From: a virus | Lineage: Duplodnaviria; Caudoviricetes | DNA length: 25,718 bases | Strand: one strand, 5' to 3' | Virus record (IMG/VR): IMGVR_UViG_3300030395_000347 | Coordinates: 1 to 25,718 of that record | Shown: positions 7,638 through 15,599 of the stretch, piece after piece | How the letters are laid out: each line of letters opens with the position of its first letter | Numbering within the stretch: the first letter of the stretch is position 1 | Position numbers and translations under genes: made by a program | Notes under the pieces: model-generated | Seen by the model: the letters and a program-made list of their open reading frames with translations, nothing else | Told to the model about the DNA's origin: nothing | Databases searched by the model: none

Positions 7638-10600
7638 TTATCGGTTTTTTTGGTCTCTGAGGATTTGTATGGCCTCATCAACATTGCTATTTCGTTGTGC
7701 CGCTTCTGCACCGCGTCGTGCGTTAGAGGATTCAACGAGTTCAGGGAACATATCTTCCAAACCAGCCAAGGCGTCTTTTTTAGCTGTGCTGAAAATACGT
7801 TCAATCTCGCCCATAAAATTAGATTTATCGAGACTGAGATTCAAAGGGTCGTCAGGTGTTTTACCAGGAATGTTATTTTGACGTGCCCTTCTATAATCTT
7901 CCATTTCCTTACGGATTCCTGGATCTTTGAACAATTCAGTAAGCTCTTCTTCGATGGTTTGTCCGTACTTATTTCTATACCCTCCCATCAAATCAGCAAG
8001 ATTCTCACGTTGACGCGGGGTTAGCTTGTTACCTTTATCGTCTTTGGTAAACGTAGAAACAAGGTCAAAACCGCTGTCACGCAGAAGTCTACGTGTCGGC
8101 GTGTCAGCATCAGAAAGCTGGATAGGAGAAATGCTATTCCACAGTCGTGTTGGGAAGTCCCAATCACGGATGACCTGGCCGTTCATCGGGTCACGTTTAC
8201 GTGCCAAGAATCCACGTGCAATCGGGTTGCGGTTCATAATTGTTTGCATAAAGTCATTCTCCAGTTCTCGCAGACCTGGGTTCAGAACGTTTGCAATCTC
8301 GTTACGAATACCGCTAAAAGGGATAAAATTATTTGTAAGGTTGGCAGCCCACACCTCAGACCGCGCACCGTCAAATGCGAGAACTTCAGTCAAAGGTTGT
8401 AGACCAGCCAAAAATGATTTATTGGTCAGGTTCATTGCGACAAGGTATCCGACCTTACGCCATGCATTTTCAGCACCAGTTTCGCTAAGCTTGCCTTTTA
8501 CAAAGTTGTCACCAATGTCAGCAATCAGTGCCAACATAGATGCAAACGGTTCCAGACCATCGTAGTTGATGTACTTATCACCCAGCCTAATTGACCTAGG
8601 CCGCCAGCCAGTCTGTTCCCATGCTCTGCGTTCTTCACGGTCTGCAGGACCGTTACCAGTCAATCTGCCTGTGGCATAAAGACCAGTCGCTGCACCAACA
8701 GTCAGGTAGCCAGTAGCAACTCGACCCCGAACCATGGCTTTTGCAGCCTCTAGCTGACCAACATCTGTAATGCCATATTTCAGTACATTGTCAAGGTTGT
8801 CAGGTGTTGCGCTCAGGATTGCTCTGACCTCACTGTTGAATCGTGCAAGCAAAGGTGTGTGCTTTTGAACAACAGAGATAGCGTTAGCACCTGTTTTCAT
8901 AAACAGGAAGAACGGCCTTAGCAGTGGAGTAGAGTTCACGAACCGCTCAAAGTCACCTAGCTTGCCTGTCAACGGGAGCTGCAAAGCCACTTCTTTACCT
9001 GCATGTTCTGCAGCTATGTCAATGACCTCACCATTCTGTCCGAAGATTTTGCTGCGGAACTCACGTTCGTATCTTTCAATAAGTTCCTTTGTGACCTGTC
9101 CGTCGCCTGCATTCCATGCAGCCTCAAAAGCCCTAGCTTTTAGCTCTTGACGTCCAACTAGCGTTTTGCTAAAGGCGTCAATCGTCGTCATAAAGTTTGA
9201 CGGGTACCTAACCCAGCTCTGATTGTTGAAATCTTGAATGACGCTGGTCAGGCGGTACATGGCTTTTTCAGCAGTGCTACCTTGAGATTCGATAACACGG
9301 CCAAGGTTTTTCCAATGCGTACGTTCCGCAGGAGAAATCATCTGGTTTACATAAGGACCAGCTTGGTTGTGCACAAGTGAATAGTGAGTGTTTTTAGCCA
9401 AAGCCCACGCTTCACCAATGCCTCCAAAAAACCCATCAAATGCCATGTGATAACCTTTGGCAAATGATTTGACATCACCTGGTGTCAAAATACCACCTAC
9501 CATCAACTGCAACGGACGCAGGCCTACCAGTAGATTTGTACCAGACGCAGCCCGTGAAAGGGTTTTAGGTGCTGAGAGAATAGAGTTGTAAAGAGTGCTA
9601 AACAAACCGTCAACAAACTTACTACGTGCACCTTTCACCCCAAAGACTGATTGGATGTTAAATACAGTGTCCGCAGCGTAGCGGCGCATAGCTTCGAGCG
9701 TATGTACTTCGCCGTTAGATTCTGCAAAAGCACGCAAGAACGTCTCTGTCATTTCAGGATCATTCTTAACAATCCTACGCAAGTTAGACATAAACTTGCT
9801 AAGGTTTTTCTCTCTTGCTGCCTTACCCAAACCGGTGCCCATTTTGACGTCACCACGTCGGGACCGCAACAGTGATCCAGCAAACTCGCTTGCTTCCTGA
9901 TTAAGGCGGAAAGCAGCTTCGACCTTATCCAACAGGTTTGTAAGACCTTTTTCTACAGGAATCTTGTCTGCCACAGAATGCAAGGCCATAGCCTTAGTGG
10001 ATACTGCAGTGTTGAGGTCATACATCAACATCTCCAGTGCCATAGCGTTAGCTGCGTTTGGAACTGCAACAGTGCTGCCATCAACCGAAATAACATTCAC
10101 ACTGTCTTCCATCAGCATCTTTTGAATGTCTGCAAAATCACCCTTAGACAAATCGGGAAACAGACCCATGATGTCGGTGTATTTAGCAATAGCAAGCTGT
10201 TTGACACCCATCATGTTGGTGCCGAGTCCTGCCACATTCTGACCGGCAGGAATCTCTAGACCACGTTGCACCTCTTCTGCGAATGCAGCGATCTGTTTGC
10301 GGACCTCAGCACTGCTCCGTGCCATGCGGGTAAGAGCTGCGTCTGTGACAAGGCGTGCACGCTGACCAGCGGAAAGATCCCCACGGTTAGCCATAGCCAG
10401 CATGTCTTTCATGTGCTGGTACAGGTTGCCTGGACGCACCCCACGCAAACCTTTGTCAGGCAAGTCGAAGTAGTCTGGGTGAATGTTAGGTGTTGGTTCC
10501 GTCAGGTTTTTATCAAACAGCTCTAACTGAATGTTTTCCTTAACAGCACTATCTTGTGCCTCAGCAATCTCAGCAGCAGTACGTTTCTCCACAATGTCGG

Positions 10601-11543
10601 GATGTGCGTCCTGAGCTTTCTTAAGTTGTTCTTGCAGCCTAGCAAGCTTCTTAAGCTGGCGTGTTTGTTCTTTACTGCCATCCTCTAATTTCTTTGCAGT
10701 AGCGGTTACAGCATCGATTTCTTGTGTAAGTGCAGTGAGGTTTTTTTGTGCACCTTCTTTTGTACCTGCATCGACAGCCTCAGCGGCTGCTTTGCCTGCA
10801 CGGAAACTAAAGATTTTACCAACAGCCCAGCCCATGCCAAGATCTTCCAAGACATGCTTGGCTTTCTTTTCCAGAGGTGAAGACTCTTCATTGGTAGCAG
10901 TCAACGTCCACCAGGGCATCAGAGGTTGCAGCGAGTCGTTGATGGTTGATTCCATCGAACGCTCACTGACAAACACTGCGGTAGCACTGCGGCCAGCACC
11001 TGACACCTTCAGTGCGCCTGGTACATATTTACTACCATTGATAATATGCTTGACCTTATTCAGCTTGGAAACATGAGCGATACCTCCAGTGCCTACAAAA
11101 CCAGCACCGAACTCCAAGACGTTGCGGAGAAAGTTACCCCACACCGTTTTGTTCATAGGTTCAACTTCATCGTCAACCTGCAGCCAGGAAGGCTTGAATT
11201 TAGGGTCAAGTAACTGACCTGTAAGAATACCCTCAGCCGTACCGCCTACGCCTTCTACAAGGTCGATACCTGCACCTACGACAGCGGTGCCCACCTCTTG
11301 AAGTGGATTGTTGGTTTCTTCCTCTTTTGGCTCTTCAGGTTTAGCTTCAGGCTTAGTTTCAGGTTGTGCTTCAGTTTTTGGTTCTTCTTTCGGGCGTTCT
11401 TTAACCAGATTATCAAATGAAGGGATGCCCTCTGGATATTCGTTTTCTAATCTGTCTGCAATCTCATCGAGTACAGAATCCCTATCTATGTCATCTTGAT
11501 ACTGTTTATCGTCGTTGACAGGTCCCGTAGGAGTAGAAGTCAT
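7638..11543 (-). CDS. gp16: Internal virion protein D (gp16-like ejection protein), 1301 aa
   Basis: Size, position between gp15 and the tail fibre, mostly helical composition, and GRLTGNGP...GWRPRSI...YINYDGLEPF motif typical of this family in marine T7-like phages. Confidence 0.82.
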   Translation of the reverse strand: MTSTPTGPVNDDKQYQDDIDRDSVLDEIADRLENEYPEGIPSFDNLVKERPKEEPKTEAQPETKPEAKPEEPKEEETNNPLQEVGTAVVGAGIDLVEGVGGTAEGILTGQLLDPKFKPSWLQVDDEVEPMNKTVWGNFLRNVLEFGAGFVGTGGIAHVSKLNKVKHIINGSKYVPGALKVSGAGRSATAVFVSERSMESTINDSLQPLMPWWTLTATNEESSPLEKKAKHVLEDLGMGWAVGKIFSFRAGKAAAEAVDAGTKEGAQKNLTALTQEIDAVTATAKKLEDGSKEQTRQLKKLARLQEQLKKAQDAHPDIVEKRTAAEIAEAQDSAVKENIQLELFDKNLTEPTPNIHPDYFDLPDKGLRGVRPGNLYQHMKDMLAMANRGDLSAGQRARLVTDAALTRMARSSAEVRKQIAAFAEEVQRGLEIPAGQNVAGLGTNMMGVKQLAIAKYTDIMGLFPDLSKGDFADIQKMLMEDSVNVISVDGSTVAVPNAANAMALEMLMYDLNTAVSTKAMALHSVADKIPVEKGLTNLLDKVEAAFRLNQEASEFAGSLLRSRRGDVKMGTGLGKAAREKNLSKFMSNLRRIVKNDPEMTETFLRAFAESNGEVHTLEAMRRYAADTVFNIQSVFGVKGARSKFVDGLFSTLYNSILSAPKTLSRAASGTNLLVGLRPLQLMVGGILTPGDVKSFAKGYHMAFDGFFGGIGEAWALAKNTHYSLVHNQAGPYVNQMISPAERTHWKNLGRVIESQGSTAEKAMYRLTSVIQDFNNQSWVRYPSNFMTTIDAFSKTLVGRQELKARAFEAAWNAGDGQVTKELIERYEREFRSKIFGQNGEVIDIAAEHAGKEVALQLPLTGKLGDFERFVNSTPLLRPFFLFMKTGANAISVVQKHTPLLARFNSEVRAILSATPDNLDNVLKYGITDVGQLEAAKAMVRGRVATGYLTVGAATGLYATGRLTGNGPADREERRAWEQTGWRPRSIRLGDKYINYDGLEPFASMLALIADIGDNFVKGKLSETGAENAWRKVGYLVAMNLTNKSFLAGLQPLTEVLAFDGARSEVWAANLTNNFIPFSGIRNEIANVLNPGLRELENDFMQTIMNRNPIARGFLARKRDPMNGQVIRDWDFPTRLWNSISPIQLSDADTPTRRLLRDSGFDLVSTFTKDDKGNKLTPRQRENLADLMGGYRNKYGQTIEEELTELFKDPGIRKEMEDYRRARQNNIPGKTPDDPLNLSLDKSNFMGEIERIFSTAKKDALAGLEDMFPELVESSNARRGAEAAQRNSNVDEAIQILRDQKNR

Positions 11544-11548
11544 AGTTC

Positions 11549-14470
11549 TTATTTGAGATTTGCTCTCGATCCGTGCATCAGAACTATCTCACTGCCGTCT
11601 GGCAAGGCATAAATGGAAATCACTCCGCCACCACCAGAATCAACTCGTGTTGTGATATATTCTGCACCACTGACAGAGATGCGTGTGTTTTTGGGTGTAG
11701 CAAAGTCGATCCCATTATGGAACTTACGAACTCCATAAACAGGATGAATACGTGGGCCGTAGCCAGAAGTCATTTGAAAAAGATCTGCTAATGGTTCACC
11801 ATTGACTAACAAACGACCGAGCACGGACGATGGGTCAAGGTTTTGGCCTTTAGCATTAAATAAAGATACGTGGACGTGTTCTCCTGTACCTACGCCAGTG
11901 TCTCCCGTAAGAAACTCTTTGGCAGCAGCTCCCATCACTGCAGGATTAGAGAAGGGTCTACCTTCAATAAGGGGTTTGTTGATATATGGAACCTCAGGAG
12001 GAATGCTGTGCTCCTGGAGGCGTTGCATCGCATCAGCTACAAACTCATCTGCATCCTGTTGTGACTCGAAGTCACCGTGCTCTCTGTACGCGCGAATAGC
12101 TTCTCCAGGTGTAGCTGCATTAGCAACTTCTGGAATGCCGGACAGAGTTTCTGCGAGTGCTTTGATTTCTTGGTGAGGAGTTTCGTAGTCGTCGGACATA
12201 CCAATGCCTTGGTATATGATACCAGCCAGAGGTGCGACAGCTTCGGGCAAACCGTAATCTACGGATGCTCTAGAAACATCGTGGAAACCAGATGGTGAAG
12301 TCCTAATGTGAGCAGGAAGGTGACCGCCATACACACCGATACGATTTACTCTGTTTGGTGTGGGGCTAGTCAGAAGATTCATGTGACCGTTCAGAGCGGC
12401 AGTACCTTCATAAGCGTCTTTTTTGGGCAGTTCGCCATTAGGGTCAAGAAGCAAAGACTTAGCTTCATCAAATGTGAGTGGATCATCTTTATGTCTAAGG
12501 TTGTGCTCTTCTACATATCTACGCAGTTTCATGTGACCTGCACCACGGGGCTGGGAAGGATCACTCAGCTCTTCTTTATCAGCGTCTGTAAAGATACCTC
12601 CGGTGTTTTTGATGAGGCCCGCTCTGCCCCTGTCAAAAGCGACGTTACGGATGTTTCTCGCTACGTCTGACTGCGACTCTCTGCTAAGATCGGATCTAGG
12701 ATTGAATAGAGGGTTCTGAAATTTAGTTGCACTTCCTTTCCCCTCCCTTTGATAAACACCAGTTTTGCCGTTGGCAATTTCTTCTGAGATCTGCAACATA
12801 GCTTGTTGGTAAGCCTGTTGTAGAGTCATGTTTTCTGGTGCTTTCGGATCCATCAAGATCACTTGTGCACGTGCATGTAAATCTGCAATCGCGTAGTCAG
12901 CGACAACAATAGATTGACCAGATAGGTCACGTGGTACTTGACCATCATCAATCAATGCTGTTTTGATAGCCCCTTTAATGCCATCTTCGTATTTTCGGAG
13001 TCCGGCGTTTTCACGGCCACCCATGCCGTACATCTCTGTAATACGCTTTGCAGCATCTGCATAATCTTTATTGCCATGCAGCAAAGAGTATTCTGCTTTG
13101 TTAAACTCAGTAACGGTAAAGTCACCTGATTTGATTAAAATGTCAGCACGGTCTTTCTGGTCTTGTAGATCAGCAGCTTCTCGTGTTGAGTTATCAAGGT
13201 AATTAGTAAGGCGTTCATCTACACCACCATATTGTTCTTGACTATAATCGATAAGTTCTTTGACTTTGACTTCAGGTGCAGCACCGAATCTTCGTAGATC
13301 TTCAAGAACACGGTCAGTCCAATCCTCTCTGTTTTGCAGGTTTTCAGCATCTGCAAGTTCATCGAGTTGCAACCGCTCCTTCAACGCCTCTCGACGTGCT
13401 GTACCTAGCTCAGACGCAAACACCTGCTTCCACGGTTTACCCATGTAGTTGTTGCTACTTGCAAAGACTAAATCAGCTTGTTCTGCGGTGATGCGGAACT
13501 CTCTGTCGTAACTTTGCAGTGAAATGACGTGTGTAAAGATAGCTTTTCTAGCGTCAGTAGCTGTCATACCTGCCCTTCTCAAGGCATCCATCGTGTCTTG
13601 GAAGTAGCTGTTATTAAGAGACTCCGGGTTTGCAGTGTCAAGTAGACGAATCTCAGTCCCTAAATTAGTAAGGGCAGTAGATCGTTGACTTTGTTGCTGC
13701 TCTTTCAGCTCAGCAGATCTTACAGAAAGCTCAAAGTTTTTTTCTTTCTCCCGCATCTGTGGCATGACATATTTGTTCAACATGCCAGGGGAGATTTCTT
13801 CCAGTGCGTTTTGGCGACGGAACTGTGTCTGAATGACAGCCAGAGCTGCCATCTTTTGATCAGCACCTACTGCCGTGGCTGGTGTGAATGTAACACCATC
13901 CAATGTAATTTCAGTTACATTGTCTTCAGCAAAAGCCTTGTCAACAAAAGCACTGTAAGAATCACCGTAACCGGTAGCCACACCACGTTTGTAACCGTAG
14001 GCTGCATAACCCGACAAGCTACGCATACGTGCAACGACGTCAGGTGCAAGACCTTGTTCTGCCAGTTTGTCAACACCGCTTTGGAATGCTGCGTCATCTG
14101 CTTTTAGAGCTGCTTCCTGTTCATCAAAGTCTGGATGCATGGCCCGCATCTTAGTGACATCGGCCATACCCTCAGCGAAGAATTTATCAGCTTGATTTTG
14201 CTGGTACCCTTTAGCTGCAGTGCTCAAGGTTTCCATAAGAGTTTTAGAGAAACCCTGAAGTTGTTGTAGCTCCATATCCTTTGCAATACGCATAGCATCT
14301 TCCTGCTGCTGCATATCACGTACGGCTGCGTCCAGCGAACGCTGCATATTCTGTTGTTCGACTTGCTGATTCTCACGCATTTGTTGCGTGGGATCAACCG
14401 CTTGGATAGGTGCAAACCGCTCTGTGTTAGCTGCACCTTCAAATTGTTTCCTTAGTTCAAACTCTTTCAT
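11549..14470 (-). CDS. gp15: Internal virion protein C (gp15-like) with C-terminal M23-family peptidase domain
   Basis: Position and size; Q/E-rich helical N-terminus; C-terminal TSGYGPRIHP...HNGIDFATP (HxxxD) and GDTGVGTGEHVH (HxH) motifs. Confidence 0.82.
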   Translation of the reverse strand: MKEFELRKQFEGAANTERFAPIQAVDPTQQMRENQQVEQQNMQRSLDAAVRDMQQQEDAMRIAKDMELQQLQGFSKTLMETLSTAAKGYQQNQADKFFAEGMADVTKMRAMHPDFDEQEAALKADDAAFQSGVDKLAEQGLAPDVVARMRSLSGYAAYGYKRGVATGYGDSYSAFVDKAFAEDNVTEITLDGVTFTPATAVGADQKMAALAVIQTQFRRQNALEEISPGMLNKYVMPQMREKEKNFELSVRSAELKEQQQSQRSTALTNLGTEIRLLDTANPESLNNSYFQDTMDALRRAGMTATDARKAIFTHVISLQSYDREFRITAEQADLVFASSNNYMGKPWKQVFASELGTARREALKERLQLDELADAENLQNREDWTDRVLEDLRRFGAAPEVKVKELIDYSQEQYGGVDERLTNYLDNSTREAADLQDQKDRADILIKSGDFTVTEFNKAEYSLLHGNKDYADAAKRITEMYGMGGRENAGLRKYEDGIKGAIKTALIDDGQVPRDLSGQSIVVADYAIADLHARAQVILMDPKAPENMTLQQAYQQAMLQISEEIANGKTGVYQREGKGSATKFQNPLFNPRSDLSRESQSDVARNIRNVAFDRGRAGLIKNTGGIFTDADKEELSDPSQPRGAGHMKLRRYVEEHNLRHKDDPLTFDEAKSLLLDPNGELPKKDAYEGTAALNGHMNLLTSPTPNRVNRIGVYGGHLPAHIRTSPSGFHDVSRASVDYGLPEAVAPLAGIIYQGIGMSDDYETPHQEIKALAETLSGIPEVANAATPGEAIRAYREHGDFESQQDADEFVADAMQRLQEHSIPPEVPYINKPLIEGRPFSNPAVMGAAAKEFLTGDTGVGTGEHVHVSLFNAKGQNLDPSSVLGRLLVNGEPLADLFQMTSGYGPRIHPVYGVRKFHNGIDFATPKNTRISVSGAEYITTRVDSGGGGVISIYALPDGSEIVLMHGSRANLK

Positions 14471-14472
14471 AA

Positions 14473-15171
14473 TTAACCGCCCGGTTTCTTGAATCCAAAG
14501 AACTTCTCTCCAGGTGCAGTGAATTGGTAACCAGTCTGAAGACCAGACATGGCAGCTTGACCAATCATCAACGCCGTATTCATCCTAGGTGCAGCCGGTG
14601 GTGTAGGTGCAGCAACACCCGTCTGTAGTTGTGGTGGGATAGCAATGGTAGAATACGTCTGGTTATTTGCAGATCGCAACTGACGGTCAATACCTTGCAG
14701 GTTACGTTCAGATTGAGCACGTGCACTAGATAGGCTTTCTGCCTGAATAGCTTGCTGTCGTCCGAACTCACCTAGTGTGGATACAAGAGATGCCCGCTCG
14801 AAGCTGCGACCTCTGTTACCACCTGCAGCGACGTTAGCGCCCATGGCACGCATCAGTTGTGTACGGGCTGCTGAGTTTTGGAATGCAGCACCACGGAACA
14901 CTTCGTTCAACCGGACTTGTTCAGACTCCATAGAACGACGTGCAGCCTCAGCATTAAAGCTGAACTGACGATCTGCAATCTGTAGTTGTTTGTCAAAACG
15001 CTGTTCAGTCAGTTCGTTCTGACGTTTAATCATCAAGTTTTGAAACGTATTCTGATATACGTTTGCTTTGTGCTGTTGTTCAGCTTGGCGAACGGCTTCG
15101 TTATGCTTGGAAAAGCCGCCTAGGATGCCCATGCCAAACTGCAGGCCACCCATTACTGCTGCTATTGCCAT
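14473..15171 (-). CDS. gp14: Internal virion protein B (gp14-like)
   Basis: Gly/Ala-rich hydrophobic N-terminus, Gln/Ala coiled-coil middle, position between gp13 and gp15. Confidence 0.75.
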   Translation of the reverse strand: MAIAAVMGGLQFGMGILGGFSKHNEAVRQAEQQHKANVYQNTFQNLMIKRQNELTEQRFDKQLQIADRQFSFNAEAARRSMESEQVRLNEVFRGAAFQNSAARTQLMRAMGANVAAGGNRGRSFERASLVSTLGEFGRQQAIQAESLSSARAQSERNLQGIDRQLRSANNQTYSTIAIPPQLQTGVAAPTPPAAPRMNTALMIGQAAMSGLQTGYQFTAPGEKFFGFKKPGG

Positions 15172-15599
15172 AATCTAATAAAGTCTACAAAGTACAGGTT
15201 TTTAGGTCCTTGTATTTTTACATCTAAAAACTTGAACCCTAAGTGTTTTAGAAGTTTGAGGTGCGTTGTATTCCTGACATCTGCACAGTTGTAAAGAACT
15301 TTGTGCGGTAACGATTCTAACCAACGTTTTGCTTCTCTAATAAATGTAATAGGATAGTCTTCTATAGCAGGTGTGCATAACATCCATACACAGCCGTCAT
15401 CAGACACGCCAGCAATTCCGGCAGTCTTACCGTTTGGAACGTGAAACACGACGGTATGGCCCTGTAAGGTATCTAAAAAAAGAGCGAGAGCTGGGTTGAT
15501 TCCCCAGCCCTCTTGTAGCTCACGCCAGTCGTCCTGACGTAGATTCTCAGCAATGTAGGCAACTTCTTTGTACGTGGGCGGATGGATGTACTTAGACAC
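15162..15599 (-). CDS. gp13: Internal virion protein A (gp13-like, acetyltransferase-like fold)
   Basis: NLRQDD..E, G.VWML.T, LYN..DVRNTTHLKLLKHLGFKF motifs and position after gp12. Start placed at GTG 15599, overlapping the gp12 stop, rather than 15644. Confidence 0.8.
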   Translation of the reverse strand: MSKYIHPPTYKEVAYIAENLRQDDWRELQEGWGINPALALFLDTLQGHTVVFHVPNGKTAGIAGVSDDGCVWMLCTPAIEDYPITFIREAKRWLESLPHKVLYNCADVRNTTHLKLLKHLGFKFLDVKIQGPKNLYFVDFIRLWQ

